Below, piece by piece: positions 1 through 8,320 of a stretch of 64,000 nt of DNA. The translations under genes and the position numbers were made by a program. The notes under the pieces were generated by a model, which saw nothing but the letters and a program-made list of their open reading frames with translations, did not search any database and had not been told where the DNA came from. The stretch lies in the sequence record PV112478.1, one strand, 5' to 3'. Numbering within the stretch: position 1 is the first letter of the stretch; each line of letters starts with the position of its first letter.

Positions 1-836
1 AAATAAGATTGGGTTGGTAACCCGTCGTCAGTGATATTTTCCCACCAAACGTTGGTTGAGAAAATCTGATCAAAAGCGATAGAGAGTTCGCCCAGGCCCT
101 TAGAAAAAATTCCATGGGTCACGAAGAGACTGAGCGATTTCGGGTTTTGGGTATTGAGCTTTTTCGCCAGCTCAGTGAAAGTCCACCCACCATCGCAGAT
201 GTCGTCGACAACCAACAAATTACGACCTTCGATATTGTCATTGTCCAATAACGTAATGTCGAGAATGTTGCCGGTTTTAGTATCGCGCTTTTTGTTTGCG
301 TAAACGATAGGCACCCCGCCGAGTAGTTTTGCCAACTCTTCAGTTTTCTTCGCCGCACCACCGTCAGGGGAGACTAATACGACGTTATTTTCCCGAATCC
401 AATTAGCCAATAAATTGTAGACAATTTTGGACTGTTCCAGGACGACGAGGTTTTTGATCAGTGCCGGAGTAACGTTAGAATGCGGATCGTGTATCAGCAC
501 TCGGTCTGCTTTCAGGCTATTGAACAGTTCAGCAAAAACGCCGAGTGAAAACGATTCGCCTGCATTACAGACACGGTCTTGTCGCGCGTACGGGAAATAA
601 GGCACAATTAAATGGAGTTCTGTTTTCGCAGTGTATTTCCCAATACGACGAATAGCGTCGACCAGTAACAGTAGACGCACTGCCTCGGTGGAAGATTTGA
701 TACTTCCTTCTATTTTAACAACGCCGATATCATGGGGCGGTAGCCCATGACGGTTAATTGTGATATGTTCCTCGCCACCCGGAAAAGTCATATTCTCATA
801 AAGGACCGGTTGGTCATCAAACGTAACTTTAAACAT
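1..836 (-). CDS. prs: Ribose-phosphate pyrophosphokinase family protein (phage Prs / NARP1 Adps-like); 3' end runs off the window
   Basis: Manual translation from ATG at 836 (MFKVTFDD...) is open to the window edge, so it is missing from the ORF track. Motifs FPGGE, PYFPYARQDR, DPHS, SPDGGAAKK, VVDDICDGGGTF, VTHGIFSKG. Confidence 0.92.
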   Translation of the reverse strand, partial: MFKVTFDDQPVLYENMTFPGGEEHITINRHGLPPHDIGVVKIEGSIKSSTEAVRLLLLVDAIRRIGKYTAKTELHLIVPYFPYARQDRVCNAGESFSLGVFAELFNSLKADRVLIHDPHSNVTPALIKNLVVLEQSKIVYNLLANWIRENNVVLVSPDGGAAKKTEELAKLLGGVPIVYANKKRDTKTGNILDITLLDNDNIEGRNLLVVDDICDGGWTFTELAKKLNTQNPKSLSLFVTHGIFSKGLGELSIAFDQIFSTNVWWENITDDGLPTQSY

Positions 837-884
837 TGTAACCCCTTTCAAAGTGTTAAAACTTAATCTTCAAAATAAATATTA

Positions 885-1424
885 TCAGCGTGTTATTGGA
901 TTCTGTATTTTCACGAACGTAGAGAAACGACATCCCTCGTCTTCCCCGAATTCAAGCGACTCAAGGGTCCAACCACGGTGAACTGTAGTATAAGAGAACA
1001 ATTTACTGAGTTCTTGGATAAGATCAATGTCGAGCGGAACATTCCCTTTGGAGCGAATAGGGATTTCCGTCACGTAAAGCTTCTGTACCCGATCTAATAG
1101 TTGTTTGTAGATACTTACCCCTCCGCAGATAACAATCTCGTTGTAGCCTTTTCTAGAGGCGTCTACAGCGATATCTTCAAATGAGCTATACGCGAGGAGT
1201 TCGGGGGTGTTTTCAAACTGACTGAGATCAGAGGTCAAAACGTAATGGGCTCGTCCAGGTAAAGCCCGGCCAATACCTTTAGCCGTGGTCGACCCCATGA
1301 CGATGGCTTTGTTTTTGGTTTTCCTTACAAACCAAGAAAGGTCTTCTTTGGATTTCCAAGCAAGTTTATCATCTTGACCAATAATGAAATCAAGATCGTG
1401 TGCAACGATGAGAGAGAAAATCAT
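885..1424 (-). CDS. folA: Dihydrofolate reductase
   Basis: LIVA..IIG...LAW..KEDLSWF..T..KAIVMG.TT...LPGR..YVLT, ICGGVSIY, LYVTEI. Confidence 0.93.
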   Translation of the reverse strand: MIFSLIVAHDLDFIIGQDDKLAWKSKEDLSWFVRKTKNKAIVMGSTTAKGIGRALPGRAHYVLTSDLSQFENTPELLAYSSFEDIAVDASRKGYNEIVICGGVSIYKQLLDRVQKLYVTEIPIRSKGNVPLDIDLIQELSKLFSYTTVHRGWTLESLEFGEDEGCRFSTFVKIQNPITR

Positions 1425-1570
1425 AATGGGTTACCTGTTAGTGAGTTCAAACTAAAAAGTATATACGTGATAATATACTTCGTTGTTGATATTGTTTTCC
1501 AATTAGCACCACAACAGTGCGTTTCTTGTGACAAGAATCAACCTATTAGCCCGATCGGGCAGGAGATGAA

Positions 1571-3826
1571 ATGAGCACCAATTTTATATCTATGCCAAAT
1601 AGTCAATTCAAACTATCCGATGGAGCGAGGAACGCTAATTTCGGTAAATTGTACGTAGGTAAAGCCAATACCGACCCTACCGTTGCGGCTAATCAAATCC
1701 CGGTAACCGGTGTTGCTACCGACGGTACGAGTACTACGTTAACGCAACCAGTGAATCTGGACAGTCGGGGCTTTCCGGTGGACGCCTCGGGTAAAACCGT
1801 AACACTATCTGTAGACTCTCACTACAGTCTCGCTATATTCGATGCGTACGATAAGTTACAACAATCTGTCAGCGCAGTGGAAACAAAAGAAGTGAGCTCG
1901 TTCGCGGAGCTCAGATCACTCCCTGTACTTCGCGACGGACAGTCAGTAAAAGTTTTAGGTGTCGGCTATGGAGATTTCGTCGGTAAAAAGGGAACAGGCG
2001 TCGATGACGGTTTTACCATTGCTGCCGGGCCTGGTTATTACTGGCAACGCATTGATATTCCTTTTTACAGCGCTAAAAGTGGATCCAGTACGCTGCGGAG
2101 TATTCAAAATAAGCTTCGTGAGATTCCTTCAATATACGATTGGGATAGCGACAGTGCAAATGACGACTCGACGCGTTTTACGAAAGCACTCAATTCTAAC
2201 GCAGATAATATTTTCATTCCAAGTAATACGGAAATAGGGACACTGAAAATTGCGAATATTAACGTTACTCGCAATATTCACTTTTGGGGAACTGCCATTG
2301 CGGGTTACCGTCAAGTTGGCGCATCGCTCGTTATCCTCGACGGTGCCGACTATGGATTTAATTTCAGTGGGTCAGGTAATGGGACCACCGGAAACGGTAG
2401 CCGCTTGATTGGCGGAGGAATGACGGGGATTTCATTACTCGGTCAAACCACGGCGAATAAATCAGACTTTATACGAGTCAGTCATGCTTCCAGTTTAGAG
2501 TTCTCAAACGTATCCCTACGTCAGTCCGCTGGAGCGGGGTTTGTTCTACAGGACTTTATGGAAAGTAGAATTGTTAACTGCTACTTTAACAGTGTCGGCG
2601 GAGAAACTAAAAACGTCATTCATCTTGGCGATTACATGGACAGCGCACCTTGGAACGTTAATAACTTGCACATTGAAGGTTGCACTTTTGGCTCTTGCGG
2701 CGGATACTTAATTTATGCTTCAGAGAACGCCAATGCCGATCTCATTTGGATTAGTAGTAACAAATTCGAATGGGACAGTGATTCGCTTAACCCGAATACG
2801 ACAGATAAGTCAGTTATTTATTTAGGGAAGGTGGAGCGGGTTAATATTGATAATAATGGCTTTGTGTATTATTACCCGGCACACAGTCGTTACACGTCGA
2901 TACTTGAATTGAGCCAGAATGCTAACTACGGGGTACAGTTTAAAGGGAACAGTGCGTGGGGTTGCACGAATGCGAATTACTGGAAGGTTTCTGGCGGCTC
3001 ATTACTGGCTGCGAATAACCGCAGTAACGCCACAATGACAACTGTAGTAACAAGTCCGTATAGCCAAGATATCGAAGCACCTGCTATTCGTACGTCGACA
3101 GGTAATCGACCGACGTCGTACGCAGCAAAACCTTTCTATTCTGATTTTATTCCGGCACATAGACTTACCGGACCTAACGACAGTAACAACTTCGTGACTG
3201 ACCCAGATGCAACGGTTAATGGTACGTGTCAGCAAGCGACCGTAGGGCAGGAAATTCGTCGACTCTTGATCCCAAAAGACATGATGGTTTCCGGTAGGGT
3301 ATTAAAAGTCTCAGCGCGAGTGAAAAGTACGGATACGGTTACCGACGGGAATATTCAAATTGTCCTCGATGGAAATATCATCACTAACAATACCCACTCT
3401 TTAGTGACCAATTCCAATTTTTTAACGGTTCCTGCTAACAGTGGTTGGACTCAGGTAGATTGGTTTATCACGCCGACTTTATTGGGCTCCGGCGCTGGCT
3501 CAATAATATTTAAAAATGTCGGGACGAATACTTTTCTTTTTGACGGGGTTAGTATAAAGTACGCAGATTATTTCGATGTTACTGTACCGTGGACGCCAGG
3601 TACTATTGCGGCAAATACCATGGTTAACACAACGATTACGAGTAGTCGTTTCTCTGCGTTTGTAACCGGTGTCAGTGGCGTTCGGACTGACCAAAGTCTG
3701 GGTGGTGCATTTTCGTCTGCTTATTTTAATGCTGCGAATAATCAGCTAGTTATTCAGCTGCGTACATTTGAAAGTCAGGCTGCGACGTCGGCGACATCCT
3801 TCCGAGTAAGATTATTTTTGAAATAG
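1571..3826 (+). CDS. Tailspike / capsule depolymerase with P22-type head-binding domain and KP32 gp38-like beta-helix
   Basis: N-terminus GKLYVGKANTDPT..NQIPV...QPV.L matches the P22 tailspike head-binding domain. Core (ESRI..NVNNLHIE..DLIWI..NKFE) resembles KP32 gp38. RBS AGGAG upstream, hairpin terminator downstream. Confidence 0.88.
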   Translation: MSTNFISMPNSQFKLSDGARNANFGKLYVGKANTDPTVAANQIPVTGVATDGTSTTLTQPVNLDSRGFPVDASGKTVTLSVDSHYSLAIFDAYDKLQQSVSAVETKEVSSFAELRSLPVLRDGQSVKVLGVGYGDFVGKKGTGVDDGFTIAAGPGYYWQRIDIPFYSAKSGSSTLRSIQNKLREIPSIYDWDSDSANDDSTRFTKALNSNADNIFIPSNTEIGTLKIANINVTRNIHFWGTAIAGYRQVGASLVILDGADYGFNFSGSGNGTTGNGSRLIGGGMTGISLLGQTTANKSDFIRVSHASSLEFSNVSLRQSAGAGFVLQDFMESRIVNCYFNSVGGETKNVIHLGDYMDSAPWNVNNLHIEGCTFGSCGGYLIYASENANADLIWISSNKFEWDSDSLNPNTTDKSVIYLGKVERVNIDNNGFVYYYPAHSRYTSILELSQNANYGVQFKGNSAWGCTNANYWKVSGGSLLAANNRSNATMTTVVTSPYSQDIEAPAIRTSTGNRPTSYAAKPFYSDFIPAHRLTGPNDSNNFVTDPDATVNGTCQQATVGQEIRRLLIPKDMMVSGRVLKVSARVKSTDTVTDGNIQIVLDGNIITNNTHSLVTNSNFLTVPANSGWTQVDWFITPTLLGSGAGSIIFKNVGTNTFLFDGVSIKYADYFDVTVPWTPGTIAANTMVNTTITSSRFSAFVTGVSGVRTDQSLGGAFSSAYFNAANNQLVIQLRTFESQAATSATSFRVRLFLK

Positions 3827-3841
3827 ATTAAAATGAGATAA

Positions 3842-3870
3842 GGGAGAGGAGGGTTCATCCCTCCTCTCCC
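3842..3870 (+). terminator. Intrinsic terminator after tailspike
   Basis: GGGAGAGGAGGG-ttcat-CCCTCCTCTCCC followed by TGTGTGTTTT. Confidence 0.8.
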
Positions 3871-4024
3871 TGTGTGTTTTATACTTCCGAATTACTACGT
3901 TCTGTAGCGTTAATCAACATGGGCTGTGTAGTGACAGGAACATCTTTCTGTTAATGATAAATGAATATCTTTTCCTCATTACGATATTGGACACAAACCA
4001 AAGAAAAAAGTTATAGACCATAGA

Positions 4025-4052
4025 CCTAGGAGAACCCGAAGGTTCTCCTAGG
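4025..4052 (-). terminator. Intrinsic terminator with UUCG tetraloop
   Basis: 12-bp perfect stem CCTAGGAGAACC/GGTTCTCCTAGG, C(UUCG)G loop on minus strand, just after the HigA-fusion stop. Confidence 0.8.
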
Positions 4053-4076
4053 CTACAATCGCGCCGTAAAGCGGAA

Positions 4077-4802
4077 TTATTTAAACGCCGGGTGCAGCTT
4101 GATCGTTTTCACTTCGGCGGCCAGCTCTTTATCAGCTTTGGCTTCAGCGAGGTCAACCGCCTGCTGGAGATTAACCCAGAATTCGACGGTGGTTTTGGTA
4201 GCCTTTGCCAGACGGTGCGCGGTGCGGATCGTCAGTTTGGTTTTACCGTTGATCAGGCGAGACAGCGTTGCTGTCGCCAGGCCGATATGCGCAGCGAAAT
4301 CAGTCGGGGAAATTTCTTTCGGTTCCAGGTATTCTTTCAAAAGAATTTCGCCCGGCGTAGAAGGTTTGCGTGCTTTTGCCATTTTCGGTTTTTCCTTTGG
4401 TTTTTCAGGAGGTTGTGTACCATTACTGTTATTGCATAATACTACTTCTTGACGTGAAAGATTACCGAGGAACAGAATCGAGCCAACAGTGAAAATCGAC
4501 TGTTTTACGCCGTCTGGCGTATTACGGAAAAGGGAGACCTGATTTTTATTTTTCTGCAGAAGATCAATGAGCAAATTAACGTGATAATCTGCCGGATTAT
4601 TCAGATCGCGGAAGAGCAGTGCTTCAGCTTCTGTAAAACTGATCTTCTTCTCCTGTACCATCGCCATCTGAAGAGGGAATTTTAACTTATGAACCAAGAT
4701 CCGATACGGTAATGAAACTACCGTTTTCAAATTACCCTCTTTATCGAGAATGAATCGGTTGAGCTCTTCGTCTGTGATGTCATTGTTAACGTAGTGAATC
4801 AT
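4077..4802 (-). CDS. Unknown N-terminal domain fused to HigA/VapI-family HTH antitoxin domain; possible internal start at 4382
   Basis: C-terminal 101 aa TPGEILLKEYLEP..S...FA..IG...TLSRLINGK..LT...A.RLAKA..TT.EFW.NLQ..DL is the HigA signature. AAGGA lies 10 nt before the internal ATG. Confidence 0.85.
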   Translation of the reverse strand: MIHYVNNDITDEELNRFILDKEGNLKTVVSLPYRILVHKLKFPLQMAMVQEKKISFTEAEALLFRDLNNPADYHVNLLIDLLQKNKNQVSLFRNTPDGVKQSIFTVGSILFLGNLSRQEVVLCNNSNGTQPPEKPKEKPKMAKARKPSTPGEILLKEYLEPKEISPTDFAAHIGLATATLSRLINGKTKLTIRTAHRLAKATKTTVEFWVNLQQAVDLAEAKADKELAAEVKTIKLHPAFK

Positions 4803-4822
4803 TTTATTCTCCCGTTTTATCT

Positions 4823-5212
4823 TTAACCGATAGTGATGAGGCGCTCTTCAAATCTGAGCGGGTTAGGAATGTTGATGTTATCCATTTCTGAGAGGTAGTA
4901 CGCAGCGACCTCTCGTTTAAGGAGGGTCACGCCGGTATTAGTACGCGCCAGTTCATCGGCTACTCGAATTACCGGGTCGTTCCAATAGTTACTTTTTACA
5001 ATAACTTTCAGCGTGGGGAATTTTCCATCGGCAATGAAATCCGTGTCGTATTCAAAATCCATATTGTCACTGCAACCGTGATCGGCTTCAATATGCAAAT
5101 TCAAAAGCCATGCCTTTAGTCGCTCTTCCGGATACGATTGCATAACCACGCAAAGGTCAATGTCCTTCCCTTCAGCATCGCTAAGAATGAAAATCATTTG
5201 TTGGACATTCAT
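4823..5212 (-). CDS. Hypothetical protein
   Basis: ORF-track 4823..5245; start moved to ATG 5212 (GGGGA RBS, removes overlap). Confidence 0.65.
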   Translation of the reverse strand: MNVQQMIFILSDAEGKDIDLCVVMQSYPEERLKAWLLNLHIEADHGCSDNMDFEYDTDFIADGKFPTLKVIVKSNYWNDPVIRVADELARTNTGVTLLKREVAAYYLSEMDNINIPNPLRFEERLITIG

Positions 5213-5226
5213 TTTTATTCCCCGTC

Positions 5227-5592
5227 TTATGGCATCGCAACCCAATAAGGATCGTCGAGATTATCGGCACACCAGCGTGCAATTTTTAGAAATTCTTCAA
5301 AGCCAGAAAAACCAATGTTACTGCGTTGTGTTTCTGTCATTGGCCATCGGGTCAGTAATTGAAGTTTCTCCAGGAAAAAGTCATCTATTTTACCGTAGAG
5401 AATACCCTCTTTTTCTTGTCCACTGAAAACAATATTGAGATAATTGTTAGTGAAATTGACCACCGAATGATAATTGGAGTGGGTAACGAATAACGAGTTA
5501 TCCAGAGGACAAGTATTGGGAACCTGTGCGAAAGGTTTATTACCGTCCTCGCTGTCTTCTTTGAGTTCGCCGAATTGGAATAAGATCGCCAT
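5227..5592 (-). CDS. Hypothetical protein
   Basis: AAGGA RBS, tiles with neighbours; no motif recognised. Confidence 0.7.
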   Translation of the reverse strand: MAILFQFGELKEDSEDGNKPFAQVPNTCPLDNSLFVTHSNYHSVVNFTNNYLNIVFSGQEKEGILYGKIDDFFLEKLQLLTRWPMTETQRSNIGFSGFEEFLKIARWCADNLDDPYWVAMP

Positions 5593-5615
5593 TTATTTTA
5601 TCCTTTATAGCGTAG

Positions 5616-5642
5616 GTCCTGGGAGAGACTATCTCCCAGGAC
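5616..5642 (-). terminator. Hairpin terminator
   Basis: GTCCTGGGAGA-gacta-TCTCCCAGGAC in intergenic gap. Confidence 0.65.
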
Positions 5643-5705
5643 GATGAGGTCATTAAACGTTTTTATTTTTCTCTTGGGTTGTTATTGCTTCCTGTCCAAG
5701 AGAAA

Positions 5706-6530
5706 TTAAATTCTCTCTACCACGGCTTTTAACCAGGCTTTAACGATGTCCTGATTCAGCAAAGAAAGTTCATTGCTACCAAACCCCGGTTCAACGATGT
5801 GTAACCGATAATTCTGATCGAGGTTATCCAGCCCTACGGCAGGGGAAATCGTATAAACTCGGTTTGAATTAAAACCAAATGAAGGACCGTTTTCTGAGTT
5901 AAAACTAACACCCGCCTTTAACATTACCCTCGTTTTAATTCCGGCAAAAAGCGCGTAGAAGACGACAGAGATTTTTGGTTTCAGGACGACCCCACCTTCG
6001 AATTTTCTTCCATCGAAAACAGGAACATTTATTTTACGTTCGTGACAGAATTCTGCAATTACGTCGAAGAACGGGTTTAAAGTAACAGCCTTAACCGGTA
6101 ACTGATTATAAACGTCGATAACCTTATCACTCTTGAAACCGATATCATGACGGTTTAAAAGAAAATAATAAATATATTCGCCGAACCAATTCATAACCCG
6201 CCCAAGTTGAGAGACGAACTTCTCTTCTTGATCTTCAATATTTGAGTAAAGCTTATAGGGTTTCTGATTGATAAAACGAATAATTAAGTTATTGTCATCC
6301 ACGCGTTCCGCAATCGATAGCCAACGCATATCGGTTGTTTTGTCATGGGTAATCACCGGGATAATTTTATAATTCTCATTATCCCGTTCCGGCATAATAT
6401 AATTTTTAAGCCCAGGACGTTCTTCGCCGAGCCTAATACGGAACTCTGGGGTATAAGGGTGCACCAGAGCAGCATCATTGGTGTTTTGGACTTCGTTTGG
6501 TAAAATAATCATCGTACATTTCCTTTTCAT
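5706..6530 (-). CDS. Hypothetical protein (probable early gene)
   Basis: 274-aa ORF directly downstream of promoter motif at 6614. Confidence 0.75.
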   Translation of the reverse strand: MKRKCTMIILPNEVQNTNDAALVHPYTPEFRIRLGEERPGLKNYIMPERDNENYKIIPVITHDKTTDMRWLSIAERVDDNNLIIRFINQKPYKLYSNIEDQEEKFVSQLGRVMNWFGEYIYYFLLNRHDIGFKSDKVIDVYNQLPVKAVTLNPFFDVIAEFCHERKINVPVFDGRKFEGGVVLKPKISVVFYALFAGIKTRVMLKAGVSFNSENGPSFGFNSNRVYTISPAVGLDNLDQNYRLHIVEPGFGSNELSLLNQDIVKAWLKAVVERI

Positions 6531-6585
6531 GACCAGTTAGTGGCCCGTTACGTTAGATAAGAGAATTTTAGATTCTCAGATATAA

Positions 6586-6610
6586 AGTGTAGAGATGTTG
6601 TCTCTACACT
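6586..6610 (-). terminator. Hairpin terminator abutting promoter motif
   Basis: AGTGTAGAGA-tgttg-TCTCTACACT. Confidence 0.6.
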
Positions 6611-6633
6611 AGAGTGATATAGACGTTAACCAG
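6605..6633 (-). promoter_or_regulatory. Putative phage (virion RNAP) early promoter, copy 1
   Basis: minus strand ctggttaac-GTCTATATCAC-tctag-TGTA; one of 8 copies. Confidence 0.75.
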
Positions 6634-7177
6634 ATTGGGTTTCGGTATCCTTTACGTAAATACCCGTTTCTACATCTAGTGTAAAACCCACGACCTCCAG
6701 ATTAACCCGCTCATTACCTTCGGCTGTAATCTTGAAACGTGCATTACAAGTCTCAATGTTAACTTCCCCGTCGACGCAGATAAATGCATCATCGATCAGC
6801 CCCGGTATATCGATTTCAGTCCCGTTGACTAAATCGAATACTCGGAAGTTATACGTCGTATTCTGAGTGGGGCGAAAACGCGGGTACTGAACAACGACGT
6901 GACCTGAACTTTCGAGTTCACCATCTTCGTTAAATTTAGTGTAACGGATGAGCACTTTGTCCACCGCAAAATTTGACAGTGTACGTATTTGCATATCGGT
7001 GAATGTTAACTCCCCGCTAGCAGCCGCCAAACCAACCAAATTAAACCCGACGTCAGAGTTTGCTTTAAAGAACACTCGTCCTTCTGCCTCAGGAATTCCG
7101 GTAACAAAATACTCTTGGTTTTCTTTGATGATCTTAAACTGCATTTTCTTAATATCGGTAAACATAGCTTTGTCCAC
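6626..7177 (-). CDS. Hypothetical protein
   Basis: 183-aa ORF tiling in minus-strand run. Confidence 0.7.
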   Translation of the reverse strand: MDKAMFTDIKKMQFKIIKENQEYFVTGIPEAEGRVFFKANSDVGFNLVGLAAASGELTFTDMQIRTLSNFAVDKVLIRYTKFNEDGELESSGHVVVQYPRFRPTQNTTYNFRVFDLVNGTEIDIPGLIDDAFICVDGEVNIETCNARFKITAEGNERVNLEVVGFTLDVETGIYVKDTETQSG

Positions 7178-7185
7178 TTAATATC

Positions 7186-7617
7186 CTATTCGATGTTGCT
7201 GTATTGATCACCCACCCATACTACGGGCGTTAATAGTCCTCGACCGATTTCCTGCTCGCGGTCTTTTTGTTTGTCTTCGTCGGAAAAACCGTCGATGCGC
7301 ATGAGTTGATGAGGTCGAAAGGCAGCATTAAAATAAGTACCCCCTGAATCTAAGAAAGATTCTGCTAATCCCTTAAAGCATCCACCAACTAACCCCCAAT
7401 GAAATTCCACATAGGACCGAACTTTACCATTAACCATCCAAACTTCCCGTCCCGAGATAACTTCTGCAACATTCTCTAATCCATTTTCGTTAACGGTGAC
7501 TTGAAGCATATTTCCTGGCGAAATACTAACGCCAAGAATGACTTCTTTCCCGACATTTTCTGGATTTTTAGAGTCTCGGATGACTATTGCCCGACAACCG
7601 GGTTCTAAAGGTTTCAT
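7186..7617 (-). CDS. Conserved phage hypothetical protein
   Basis: PGCRAIVI..NVGKEV..LMRIDG pattern recalled from small phage proteins. Confidence 0.7.
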   Translation of the reverse strand: MKPLEPGCRAIVIRDSKNPENVGKEVILGVSISPGNMLQVTVNENGLENVAEVISGREVWMVNGKVRSYVEFHWGLVGGCFKGLAESFLDSGGTYFNAAFRPHQLMRIDGFSDEDKQKDREQEIGRGLLTPVVWVGDQYSNIE

Positions 7618-7994
7618 TTATCTTTCCCCTGCACAAGGAAATATTCACGTATTCCCTCAGCTAATGGACCAAAGTCAGAAACCAACTGTAATAGGGATAA
7701 TTGGTCATCAGTCTGTCGCAGCCTTTCGAGCCCTATATGAGGAGGCTTCAGACCGACAGTAGAGAGCTCTAGTTTACCGAGGTATATCTTTGTCTGCCCT
7801 CGATCGAGGAACGCATGAAATGACAATTCCGGTCCAGTGGCAAGGATCATCCCGTCGAAGGGATTCTTTCCGTTATAAACACTCCCCCTTTGAAAGTGGA
7901 AAGCTGCTGCTACTTTCTCTCCCTCTCCCAATTCCTTTTGGCAATGTTTCAGCCAACGTTCAGTGAGTTCCGCTTCTTTGAATTTGAATTCCAT
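7614..7994 (-). CDS. Hypothetical protein
   Basis: GGAG RBS, 4-nt overlap with downstream gene. Confidence 0.7.
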   Translation of the reverse strand: MEFKFKEAELTERWLKHCQKELGEGEKVAAAFHFQRGSVYNGKNPFDGMILATGPELSFHAFLDRGQTKIYLGKLELSTVGLKPPHIGLERLRQTDDQLSLLQLVSDFGPLAEGIREYFLVQGKDK

Positions 7995-8003
7995 TTTGTA
8001 CTC

Positions 8004-8261
8004 CTATAATTTTTGGTTCAATTCCATGGCAACTTCGATGAATTCTACCATGGTGCCTACTATCTCTTCCTTAATATCCAAGTCAACATCAGTAAGCGCA
8101 TGTCCGATTCCCCTACGGTCAAGGAGATCGTCTATTATCGCCAGCGCAGCTAATCTGGCAGGGCTTGAAGTCAATCTTTCGCCACTATCATAAGGGTATT
8201 TTGCGGCGTTGAGCATAGTTTCTAATGTGGTCAATTCAATCACCTCTTCTTTATATTTCAT
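8004..8261 (-). CDS. Conserved phage hypothetical protein
   Basis: AIIDDLLDRRGIG motif; tiles with neighbours. Confidence 0.7.
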   Translation of the reverse strand: MKYKEEVIELTTLETMLNAAKYPYDSGERLTSSPARLAALAIIDDLLDRRGIGHALTDVDLDIKEEIVGTMVEFIEVAMELNQKL

Positions 8262-8277
8262 TAATCAAAATAAAAAA

Positions 8278-8301
8278 GTATAGGGGATTTCTCCCCTATA
8301 C
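8278..8301 (-). terminator. Intrinsic terminator
   Basis: GTATAGGGGA-tttc-TCCCCTATAC with U-tract on minus strand. Confidence 0.75.
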
Positions 8302-8320
8302 CGGCTTTATGTTCCTAAAC

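Noticed and set aside
119-361. 80-aa ORF in the track
   Set aside because: Alternative frame inside the Prs-like gene, whose frame is intact (the five-A run gives LAKKL).
1455-1485. GTGATAATATAC as another promoter copy
   Set aside because: Extra base in the core and flanks do not fit the 8-copy consensus.
3871-4024. Unassigned 150-nt gap between two terminators (possible sRNA or micro-ORF)
   Set aside because: Only 11-21-codon ORFs without RBS and weak, short stems; no support.
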